Source: Bacteroidia bacterium
Lineage (GTDB): Bacteria > Bacteroidota > Bacteroidia > Bacteroidales > VadinHA17
Length of the DNA: 64,000 nt
Assembly: GCA_026391215.1 (NCBI GenBank)
Contig: JAPLDX010000060.1
Coordinates: 1-64,000 of the forward strand
Reading direction: 5' to 3'
Below are positions 40,471-49,237 of this stretch, piece by piece. Within the stretch, counting starts at the first letter, position 1, and each line of letters starts with the position of its first letter. Position numbers and translations under genes: made by a program. The notes beneath the pieces are model-generated. The model was not told the DNA's origin and did no database searches. It saw only the letters and a program-made list of their open reading frames with translations.

Positions 40471-42516
40471 ATGCAAAGCGGAAAAATCGGGGTGACGACT
40501 GAGAACATTTTCCCCATAATCAAGAAATTTCTTTATTCCGATCATGAGATCTTCCTTCGTGAACTAATATCAAATGCGGTGGATGCAACCCAGAAGCTTA
40601 AAGCTCTGGCATCAGCGGGCGATTTCAAGGGTGAACCTGGTGACTTAACAATAAGGGTAGCAGTCGACAAAAAGAAAAAGACAATAAAGGTTACAGACAG
40701 CGGAATAGGTATGACTGAGCAGGAGCTTGACAAGTACCTGAACCAGATAGCCTTTTCAAGCGCCAATGAATTCCTTGACAAGTACAAGGAACAGGCAAAT
40801 AATATTATTGGGCATTTTGGTCTGGGCTTTTATTCTTCATTCATGGTATCTGATAAGGTTGAGGTCATTACCAGGTCATGGGAGGAGGGAGCGAAGCCGG
40901 TCAAATGGACCTGTGACGGAAGCCCTGAATATTCTATTGAAGAAGCTGAGAGAGAGTCGAGAGGTACTGACGTCATACTGCATATCGACAAGGATTCCAA
41001 GGAGTTCCTTGAGGAGAGCAGGATTGAGCAGCTTCTTAAGAAATACTGCAAGTTCCTGCCGGTGGAAATTGCATTCGGAAAAGAAAAAGAATGGAAAGAT
41101 GGAAAATATATCGACATAGGGAAAGACAAAATAATAAATAATACCAAACCTGCATGGACGCTTAAGCCGGCTGATCTTAAGGAAGAAGATTACCAGAAGT
41201 TTTACAGGGAGCTTTATCCGGCAGGTGAAGAGCCTCTGTTTAATATCCATCTGAATGTGGATTATCCGTTCAAGCTGACAGGTATCCTTTATTTTCCAAA
41301 GATCAAAAGCAATATTGAGATCCAGAAGAACAAGATCCAGCTGTACAGCAACCAGGTCTTTGTGACCGATTCGGTTGAAGGCATTGTACCGGAGTTTCTT
41401 ACTCTTCTTCATGGCGTTCTCGATTCTCCAGATATACCTCTTAATGTATCCAGAAGTTATCTGCAGAGTGATTCAAACGTAAAGAAGATATCAGCTCACA
41501 TTACAAAAAAGGTAGCCGACAGGCTTAATGAGATCTTTAAGAAGAACAGGGAAGAGTTCGAGAAGAAATGGGATAGTCTGAAGCTTTTCATCGATTACGG
41601 AATGATAACAGAGGAGAAATTCTATGAGAAAGCATCAAAATTTGCACTTTTGAAAAATACTGATGATAAATTCTTTACATACGAGGAATACGAAAATCTG
41701 ATCAAGGAGAAGCAGACAGACAAAAACAAGATAATTGTCTATTTATACTCTACAAACAAGACGGATCAGTACGCCTATATTGATAAGGCTAAGAATAAAG
41801 GGTATAATGTTCTCAATCTTGACGGACAGCTTGATGTACATCTGATAAATCATCTTGAGACCAAGTTCAAAGAATCAAGGTTTGTAAGAGTCGATTCGGA
41901 CGTTATCGACAAGCTGATCCAGAAGGAGGAAGTGAAAGAATCTAAACTATCAGATGAGCAGAAGGAAGACCTGAAAAGTGTTTTCAACGTGAAAGTAAAA
42001 GCTAAGGAGATCTATAATGTTGTATTTGAGACACTTGACGAAAACGATGCACCTGTGCTTATTACCCAGTCTGAGTTTATGAGGAGGATGAAGGATATGT
42101 CGCAGATTGGCGGCGGAATGAACTTTTATGGTGAGCTGCCAGACAGTTACAACCTCGTTGTCAATCCGAATCATAAGCTGATCCTGGAGATCTATGATGA
42201 CCTTAAAGCCGGAAAAGGAGAAAAGCTGAATGAGAACGGTACAGAAAGGAAGAGGGTGAAGGAAGAGATTGACTTTATGGAGAAGGAGCATAAGAAAAAG
42301 AAAGAAGAGGAGATAAGTCAGCTCGAAAAGGATGATCTTGAAAAACTGAGGAAAGAACTGTCTGATATCGAAAATGTAAGGAGAGAGATACTGGAATCCT
42401 ATGGTTCAGGGAATAAGGTGGTCAAACAGATTATTGATCTGGCATTGCTGGCAAATAACATGCTGAAAGGAGAGGAGCTGAGCACGTTCGTCAAACGAAG
42501 CGTGGACCTGCTCTAA
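40471..42516 (+). CDS. htpG: Molecular chaperone HtpG (Hsp90)
   Basis: LYSDHEIFLRELISNAVDA, IGHFGLGFYS, IPLNVSRSYLQ. Confidence 0.97.
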   Translation: MQSGKIGVTTENIFPIIKKFLYSDHEIFLRELISNAVDATQKLKALASAGDFKGEPGDLTIRVAVDKKKKTIKVTDSGIGMTEQELDKYLNQIAFSSANEFLDKYKEQANNIIGHFGLGFYSSFMVSDKVEVITRSWEEGAKPVKWTCDGSPEYSIEEAERESRGTDVILHIDKDSKEFLEESRIEQLLKKYCKFLPVEIAFGKEKEWKDGKYIDIGKDKIINNTKPAWTLKPADLKEEDYQKFYRELYPAGEEPLFNIHLNVDYPFKLTGILYFPKIKSNIEIQKNKIQLYSNQVFVTDSVEGIVPEFLTLLHGVLDSPDIPLNVSRSYLQSDSNVKKISAHITKKVADRLNEIFKKNREEFEKKWDSLKLFIDYGMITEEKFYEKASKFALLKNTDDKFFTYEEYENLIKEKQTDKNKIIVYLYSTNKTDQYAYIDKAKNKGYNVLNLDGQLDVHLINHLETKFKESRFVRVDSDVIDKLIQKEEVKESKLSDEQKEDLKSVFNVKVKAKEIYNVVFETLDENDAPVLITQSEFMRRMKDMSQIGGGMNFYGELPDSYNLVVNPNHKLILEIYDDLKAGKGEKLNENGTERKRVKEEIDFMEKEHKKKKEEEISQLEKDDLEKLRKELSDIENVRREILESYGSGNKVVKQIIDLALLANNMLKGEELSTFVKRSVDLL

Positions 42517-42518
42517 TT

Positions 42519-42639
42519 GTCTTGCAGGTCTTGCAGGTCTTACCAGTCCTGCAGGTTTTAATAGACTTGCACGACTTGCACGACTTGCATGACTTGCATG
42601 ACTTGCACGACTTGCATGACTTGCACGACTTGCAAGACC
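42519..42639. repeat. Nonamer tandem repeats in opposed orientation: (GTCTTGCAG)x~4 and (GACTTGCAY)x8
   Basis: Eight copies at 42564-42635; the left arm is an imperfect reverse complement; fills the gap between convergent genes. Confidence 0.9.
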
Positions 42640-42641
42640 TT

Positions 42642-43163
42642 TTATATCATCCTCCCAACCTCGGTTTTAATATATTCTATTGCCGCCCTGGTTGGCTCCT
42701 TATCCATCCCCATAATGGTTTCGAGAAGACTTCTGCTGAAATCCATACCGGTCGCCTTTTCAGGCATCTTTCCCATTTCATTGTTAATGATCTTAATCAT
42801 GTTGGAGCGGGCATTCCTCACAACCTCCCATGCCTGAGGACTCATATATATCTGCTGCGAAAGATTATGCTCAAATTCGCTCCTGATAGTTGTGAGAAGG
42901 GCAGAATGAAGCTGTACGGCGCTCATACCTGGTGAGCTTACCCTGACAAGCATCGATTCAAGTGATATCCTTTCAAGAAAAAGAACGATCCTTTCATAAG
43001 CCTGTAGCTTAATGGGAATCACAGTACGGCTGTTCTGAAGAATAAGCTCCTGTTTCCTTTTATCCTGATCATTCTTTATCATGTTCCGCAGGAGCAGCAA
43101 TGCTGTCAGCATTACCAGCAAAGCCGGGATTGTTATTTTAAGAATATCCATCAGTAGTTCCAT
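42642..43163 (-). CDS. Conserved Bacteroidota membrane-anchored hypothetical protein
   Basis: N-terminal TM; LQAYER..LFLERI and EFEHNLSQQIY motifs. Confidence 0.85.
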   Translation of the reverse strand: MELLMDILKITIPALLVMLTALLLLRNMIKNDQDKRKQELILQNSRTVIPIKLQAYERIVLFLERISLESMLVRVSSPGMSAVQLHSALLTTIRSEFEHNLSQQIYMSPQAWEVVRNARSNMIKIINNEMGKMPEKATGMDFSRSLLETIMGMDKEPTRAAIEYIKTEVGRMI

Positions 43164-43260
43164 ATTTCCTTATTTATTAACAAAAATACAAACTTAATTT
43201 TTTCTTTCGTACTTTTAACATTAAGCAGTGAACTCTAACCAATAAACTACTTACAATATC

Positions 43261-44454
43261 ATGGAACATTTATCTGAAAGAATCAAATCCTTATCAGTTT
43301 CGCAGACACTGGCAATGGCGCAAAAGAGCCGCGAGCTAAAGGCAGAAGGATTGGACATAATTAGTCTGAGTCTTGGCGAGCCCGACTTTAATACTCCCGA
43401 TTATATTAAGGAAGCAGCGAAGAAGGCTATTGACCAGAACTTTTCGAAATATCCTCCTGTATCCGGATATAACGACCTTCGTGAAGCCATATCAAGGAAA
43501 TTCAGAGAGGAAAATGGAATCAACTATTCCCCGGAACAGGTCATTGTATCGGCAGGCGGAAAGCATTCCATAATAAATGTCATCCTTTCGATAATTAATC
43601 CGGGTGATGAGGTCATTCTTCTTGCTCCGTACTGGGTGAGCTACCTGGATCAGGTCATCCTTGCAGGAGGGAAACCGGTTATCGTTGAAGCAACTCTTGA
43701 AAATGATTTCAAGGTTCAGCCCGAGCAGCTTGAAGTAATCATAACGAGGAAGACAAGGCTTATAATTTTCAATTCACCCTCAAATCCTACAGGAATGGTC
43801 TATACTCGGGAAGAGATGGAGGAGATAGCAAGGATCGTTCAGAAGCATGAAGGCCTGTATATTATTTCAGATGAGATATATGAGCATATCCTTTTCAGGG
43901 GAGAGCATGTCAGCATGGCCTCCTTTGATTTTATTTATGACAGGGTCATAACTGTCAATGGAGTATCAAAAAGCTATGCCATGACAGGTTGGAGGATCGG
44001 ATATATCGGTGCTCCTTTATGGATTGTTAAAGCCTGCGATAAGCTTCAGGGACAGTTTACTTCAGGGGTTTGCACAATTGCACAAAAAGCTGCCCTGGCA
44101 GCTATCAGCATTAAGGATAGCTCGCGGCAGATGATGAAGGAAGCATTCCAGAGGCGCCGGGACCTGATCTGCAAGCTCCTGAAAGATGTGAAAGGATTTA
44201 AGCTGAGAATACCTCAGGGCGCATTTTATGTCATGCCCGATATCGGCTATTACCTGGGAAAATCTGACGGGATAAAAAAGATCAAAACTTCAGATGACCT
44301 TGCTCTCTGGCTGCTTGAAAATGCTCATGTGGCCGTTGTTGGAGGGGATGCTTTCGGCGCTCCGAGTTGCATAAGGATCTCTTATGCAACTTCCGACGAA
44401 CTGCTGGTTGAGGCAGTGAAAAGGATTAAGGCTGCGCTGGAGAAACTGAAATGA
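43261..44454 (+). CDS. aspC: Aspartate aminotransferase (class I PLP)
   Basis: GEPDF, NSPSNPTG, SDEIYE, SKSYAMTGWRIGY. Confidence 0.9.
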   Translation: MEHLSERIKSLSVSQTLAMAQKSRELKAEGLDIISLSLGEPDFNTPDYIKEAAKKAIDQNFSKYPPVSGYNDLREAISRKFREENGINYSPEQVIVSAGGKHSIINVILSIINPGDEVILLAPYWVSYLDQVILAGGKPVIVEATLENDFKVQPEQLEVIITRKTRLIIFNSPSNPTGMVYTREEMEEIARIVQKHEGLYIISDEIYEHILFRGEHVSMASFDFIYDRVITVNGVSKSYAMTGWRIGYIGAPLWIVKACDKLQGQFTSGVCTIAQKAALAAISIKDSSRQMMKEAFQRRRDLICKLLKDVKGFKLRIPQGAFYVMPDIGYYLGKSDGIKKIKTSDDLALWLLENAHVAVVGGDAFGAPSCIRISYATSDELLVEAVKRIKAALEKLK

Positions 44455-44465
44455 TCCCTCAGACC

Positions 44466-44494
44466 GCTAAGCGTAGTTTCAAACTACGCTTAGC
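44466..44494. repeat. Perfect palindrome with 14-bp arms (REP-like or terminator)
   Basis: GCTAAGCGTAGTTT-C-AAACTACGCTTAGC between convergent genes. Confidence 0.8.
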
Positions 44495-44517
44495 ATAAGC
44501 TTAACCTTAAACTAATA

Positions 44518-45069
44518 TCAATACTTTTCATACGAGATCACCTCTTCAGGTGGTTTCCTGTTCTTGGTTCTGTATTTACTCAGTGAATAACCCAGCGTAA
44601 TTAAAAGTTCAACGCGTTTATCTTTGGGTATTCCAAGTATCTTCCTTACTCCATCTTCATCAAACCATCCTATCATGCACGATCCTATCCCTTCTGCCTT
44701 TGCCTGCAAACATATATTCTCTGATGCAATGCCAATATCAATCAGCGAGTAATCCTTATTCTTTATTGTTCCGCCGACCTTTGATACGACATTAGGTTTT
44801 TGCCTGACGATGACCAGGATTACCGGGGCCTGGTCAACAAATCTGTTCATATGAAGCAGCTTTGCGGAAGCAGCCTGGGCAACCTTCTTTATAAGTCCCG
44901 GATCTGTGACCACAATAAATTTCCATGGTTGTGCATTGCATGCAGAAGGAGACATCCTTCCTGCCTCGAGGATCCTGCCGAGCTTTACCTTTTTCACAGG
45001 CTTGTCGCTGTATCGACGGTCGCTCTGGCGGCTGGTTATCGTCTCAAGCATTTTATTTCCGTCAATCAT
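44518..45069 (-). CDS. Nitroreductase family protein
   Basis: RQSDRRY, SPSACNAQPW, GIGSCMIGWF. Confidence 0.92.
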   Translation of the reverse strand: MIDGNKMLETITSRQSDRRYSDKPVKKVKLGRILEAGRMSPSACNAQPWKFIVVTDPGLIKKVAQAASAKLLHMNRFVDQAPVILVIVRQKPNVVSKVGGTIKNKDYSLIDIGIASENICLQAKAEGIGSCMIGWFDEDGVRKILGIPKDKRVELLITLGYSLSKYRTKNRKPPEEVISYEKY

Positions 45070-45178
45070 TTCTTTAAAATTTAAATTTATTCTTCAAAGT
45101 CGCCAAATATAGCAATATTTAATATCTTTATTTTTTGAAAAATTGAAAAATTTAAATCAATAACCAAAACGCAATAAA

Positions 45179-45739
45179 ATGATTATAGCACTAGTAATTC
45201 TCGGGCTCATCGTATTGTTTGTCATGTGGGCAATATCTCTCTATAACCGGCTTGTGAAGCTGAGGAATAACAGAGAGCAGGCATTTGCTGATGTAGATGT
45301 TCAGCTGAAACAGAGACACGATCTTATTCCGCAGCTTGTTGAGTCTGTAAGAGGTTATATGCAACATGAACGCGGTGTACTGACCGAGATAACTGAAGCA
45401 CGTGCCAATGCAATGAAGGCAACGTCCATCAATGAGAAGATCCAGGCAGAAACCAGGCTTTCCAGTGCACTTGATGGCCTGAAAGTATCAGTTGAAGCTT
45501 ATCCCGATCTAAAGGCAAGTCAGAATTTCCTTGATCTGCAGAATGAGATTTCGGATATTGAAAACAAGATAGCTGCTGCACGCCGTTTCTTCAATTCGGC
45601 TACCAAAGAACTCAACGTTGCAACTGAAGTGTTCCCCTCAAACATCGTCGCCACATTGTTCAATTTCAAACGTGAACCGATGTTTGAGCTTGGCGACCAG
45701 CGCGAAGCTGTTGAACAGCCTCCACAGATCAAGTTCTAA
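45179..45739 (+). CDS. lemA: LemA family protein
   Basis: QLKQRHDLIP, EAYPDLKA, ENKIAAARRFFN, FPSNIVA. Confidence 0.95.
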   Translation: MIIALVILGLIVLFVMWAISLYNRLVKLRNNREQAFADVDVQLKQRHDLIPQLVESVRGYMQHERGVLTEITEARANAMKATSINEKIQAETRLSSALDGLKVSVEAYPDLKASQNFLDLQNEISDIENKIAAARRFFNSATKELNVATEVFPSNIVATLFNFKREPMFELGDQREAVEQPPQIKF

Positions 45740-45747
45740 ACAGGTTA

Positions 45748-46719
45748 ATGGAATATTTTGGTTTACAGAGCCAGATCAGGAAGAATAATACAAATTCTGT
45801 ATTGCTCTTACTGATGTTCCCTGTCGTCTTTTTCGGACTGACGTGGTTATTTTTCTTTTTTACTTCACTCAGCCAGTCGCATTATTTTTCAGCAGAGCAG
45901 GAAGCTTATAATATCTTGCCCGTGATCAATAATAAATTCGTGAGGACGATCCCATGGGTAACTATTGGAGTATTTGCGTGGTTTGCAATAGCATGGTTCT
46001 CGCATACTACGATGATCAATAAAGCTACTGACTCCAAACCTCTTGAACGCAGCGAGAATAAAAGAGTCTATAACCTTGTAGAGAACCTTTGCATCTCGGT
46101 CGGCATGGCCATGCCACAAGTGAACATTATTGAAGACGATTCACTGAATGCCTTTGCCAGCGGGATAAATCCCAAGACATATACTGTATCACTTTCACGG
46201 GGCATTATTAATAAGCTTGATGACAGGGAGCTTGAAGCGGTAATTGCACATGAGCTGACTCATATCAGGAACCGTGACGTGAAATTGCTGATAATCTCAA
46301 TAGTCTTTGTCGGGATCTTTGCATTCCTCTCGGAAATGCTGTTCAGATCATTAAGGTTTGGAGGCCTGGGACGAGGAGGTAAGAAAGGAGGGGGAGGAGC
46401 AGCAATTCTGATCGCTCTTGTTCTTGCTGCAATAGGTTATCTTGTTGCATCCCTTTTCAGGTTTGCCCTTTCACGGAAACGGGAGTACCTGGCAGATGCA
46501 GGATCAGCAGAGCTTACCAGGAATCCATTGTCCCTGGCATCAGCCCTGAGAAAAATCTCAATAGATCCTACAATTGAGGCTGTAAAGAGGAAAGACGTAG
46601 CCCAGATGTTCATTGAGAATCCACAGGCCGAGCTTAAAAATAAATCATTTTCTGTCGGTTCATTGTTTGCCACACATCCCCCGATACAGAAAAGAATAGA
46701 GATCCTGGAACAATTCTAA
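45748..46719 (+). CDS. htpX: M48 family metalloprotease HtpX
   Basis: NAFASG, AHELTH, SRKREYLADA, FATHPP; follows lemA. Confidence 0.92.
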   Translation: MEYFGLQSQIRKNNTNSVLLLLMFPVVFFGLTWLFFFFTSLSQSHYFSAEQEAYNILPVINNKFVRTIPWVTIGVFAWFAIAWFSHTTMINKATDSKPLERSENKRVYNLVENLCISVGMAMPQVNIIEDDSLNAFASGINPKTYTVSLSRGIINKLDDRELEAVIAHELTHIRNRDVKLLIISIVFVGIFAFLSEMLFRSLRFGGLGRGGKKGGGGAAILIALVLAAIGYLVASLFRFALSRKREYLADAGSAELTRNPLSLASALRKISIDPTIEAVKRKDVAQMFIENPQAELKNKSFSVGSLFATHPPIQKRIEILEQF

Positions 46720-46721
46720 AA

Positions 46722-46742
46722 GGTACAACGGTGCAACGGTAC
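46722..46742. repeat. Octamer tandem repeat (GGTRCAAC)x2.6
   Basis: ggtacaac ggtgcaac ggtac fills the gap between convergent htpX and plsY. Confidence 0.55.
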
Positions 46743-47375
46743 TTATTTGTCTTTTTTCTTAAAGAGTCTTTTCTCTTCGCCAGTTAAGAGCCTTTTTATA
46801 TTCTTCCGGTGCGAAAAAAGAAGCGCAACAGCGATAAATACTGAGAAGATCTTAAATATAAGCGAAGGTGTATCGAATAATGTCAGCAGCAGAATTGGAA
46901 AAGCAATTCCAGCTGTCATTGAGGATACTGAGACAATACCGGTAATGATAAAAACGAGCGCAAAGATCCCCAGGCATACAAGTGACACTGCAGGGTGAAT
47001 TGCCAGGATGACTCCACCGGCAGTAGCTACACCTTTGCCGCCTCTGAATCCTGCAAAAACCGGGTACATGTGGCCGATAATAGCAGCTAATCCGGTCATT
47101 ATCTGAAGGTTGGTAAGAAATGCGCTTCCCTGAGGGGCAAGGTGAAAAAATACCGGCAGCAGAGCGGCGAGCGAACCTTTGACCATATCAACAAGCAGGA
47201 CAGGCACTCCGGTTTTCCATCCGAGCACCCTTATTACATTTGTTGCACCTGCGTTTCCGCTTCCATGATCTCTTACATCAATACCATGAAAGACCTTGCC
47301 GGCCCATACAGCTGTTGGAATTGATCCAAGCAGGTAAGCGCTTGTTACTGCAATGATTATGTAAATGATGTTCAT
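46743..47375 (-). CDS. plsY: Glycerol-3-phosphate acyltransferase PlsY
   Basis: [39 protein letters not shown]. Confidence 0.96.
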   Translation of the reverse strand: MNIIYIIIAVTSAYLLGSIPTAVWAGKVFHGIDVRDHGSGNAGATNVIRVLGWKTGVPVLLVDMVKGSLAALLPVFFHLAPQGSAFLTNLQIMTGLAAIIGHMYPVFAGFRGGKGVATAGGVILAIHPAVSLVCLGIFALVFIITGIVSVSSMTAGIAFPILLLTLFDTPSLIFKIFSVFIAVALLFSHRKNIKRLLTGEEKRLFKKKDK

Positions 47376-48994
47376 GATATCACCGGACCATGTTCCACGA
47401 GGTTTGCAGTTTCGGGATTTGTGGTAAACTTACTGAAGTTGTTTATGAATTTGAGAGCAAGATCTGTAGCAGCTATGTGCCATTTTGTCCTTGATTCCCA
47501 GCCGTTTGCGGGATCAAGAATATCGCTGGCGACTCCTTCGACACTTGCAGGGACGGCTAAATTGAAAACAGGAAGATTAATGAAATCACTATCATTGATT
47601 GAGTCATTAAGTATTGCATTAATAATCCGACGTGTGGAAGGAAGGTCGATCCTGTTGCCTGTTCCATAAGGGCCTCTTATCCATCCTGTATTTATCAGCC
47701 AGGCTTCAGCGTCATGCATTTTCATTTTCCTTGTCAGTTCGTTTGCATAAATTATCGGATCAACAAGAAGGAAGGCTGCTCCAAAACATGCTGAGAATGA
47801 AGGTACCGGCTCTACGATGCCTCTTTCTGTCCCGGCAACCTTGGCAGTATAGCCGCTGAGGAAGTAATATTTTGTCTGCTCCTCAGTAAGACGGCTTACA
47901 GGAGGAAGGACACCAAATGTATCTGCAGACAGAAAGATCACCTTGGTTGCATGTCCTGCTTTCGACACAGGTTTTACAATATTATTAATATGGTAAATAG
48001 GGTAAGATACTCTTGTGTTTTCTGTTTTTGAATCATCATTGAAATCTATTGTGCCATCAGGAAGAACTACAAGGTTTTCAAGAAGGGCGTCTCTCCTTAT
48101 GGCACTGTAAATGTCAGGTTCGTTCTTCCTGCTCAGCTTGATGCATTTTGCATAGCAGCCGCCTTCAAAATTAAATATGCCGTCATCATCCCATCCATGC
48201 TAGTCATCGCCGACAAGAGCCCTGTTAGGGTCAGTCGAAAGGGTTGTCTTGCCTGTTCCTGAGAGTCCGAAGAAGATTGCTACATCACCTTTGTTCCCTA
48301 CATTCGCAGAACAGTGCATTGATGCAATTCCCCTGAGAGGCAGGTAGTAATTCATAATCGAGAAAATACCTTTTTTCATTTCTCCTCCGTACCACGTGCC
48401 GCCTATAACAGCCATATTTTCCGAGAGATTAAAAAAGATAAAATTCTCTGAGTTGAGTCCCTGTTCCTTCCAGTCAGGATTAACTGCCTTTGAGGCCATC
48501 AGCACAACGAAATCAGGTTTGAATTTCTTCAACTCCTCAGGAGTAGGCCTGATGAACATATTCTTTACAAAATGCGACTGCCAGGCAACTTCCATAATGA
48601 ATCTGACTCTCAATCTTGTATTTTCATTTGTTCCGCTGAAGCAATCAACAGTAAAGAGTCTTTTCCTGGAAAGCTGACGGGCTGCAATATCTTTACAATG
48701 CTGCCATATCTCATGGGAGATGGGTTTATTATCAGATACTTTCGCCTTTTCCGACTTCCACCAGACTGTATCCCTGGTCTTGTCATCAAGAACTATATAT
48801 TTATCCCTGGGCGAGCGTCCTGTAAAGATCCCCGTATCGACCGATACAGCACCTGTCCTGGTAATAAAGCCTCTTTCAAGCTTATCCAGGCCTGGCTTTG
48901 TCTCTTCTGCAAAAAGAGTGTTATAATCAGGATTGTAAACTATTTCGGCAACATCGTGTATGCCGTATACGGATAAATCTTCAGGTGCCATCAT
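47372..48994 (-). pseudogene. pckA: Phosphoenolpyruvate carboxykinase (ATP) with in-frame TAG at 48200-48202
   Basis: [55 protein letters not shown]; a single 541-codon frame with one internal stop. Confidence 0.9.
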
Positions 48995-49180
48995 GGTTGC
49001 TTATTGTTTGAATTGTTAAGCTTTGCAAAGTAATTAAAATATTAATGCGCATGTTTTCAAGTTAATATTTTGTAGAAAAATACTCTTTTTGATATAGGGT
49101 TAAGTTAAATGTAACGGTCTTATATATGATTCAAAAAGTAGTTTCTTACTACGAAGTCAGGTTATTTTGCAGCCATGCAA

Positions 49181-49218
49181 AGAAAAAAGGCTGTTCCCGG
49201 GACCGGGGACAGCCTTTC
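49181..49218 (-). terminator. Intrinsic terminator of ppdK
   Basis: AAAGGCTGTTCCCGG-GA-CCGGGGACAGCCTTT hairpin with a U-tract on the minus strand. Confidence 0.75.
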
Positions 49219-49237
49219 TGTTATTATTTACAGGAAA

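Noticed and set aside
40542-42291. Antisense ORFs within htpG (and similar ones in ppdK, pyk and other genes)
   Set aside because: Shadow frames of well-supported genes, with no motifs of their own
42522-42935. ORFs with DLH or TC(M/T) repeats as metal-binding proteins
   Set aside because: They are translations of the nonamer DNA repeat and overlap a real gene on the opposite strand
47372-48994. Genome-wide TAG recoding or pyrrolysine
   Set aside because: TAG terminates several complete genes in the window, the position is a conserved Glu, and no pyl genes are seen
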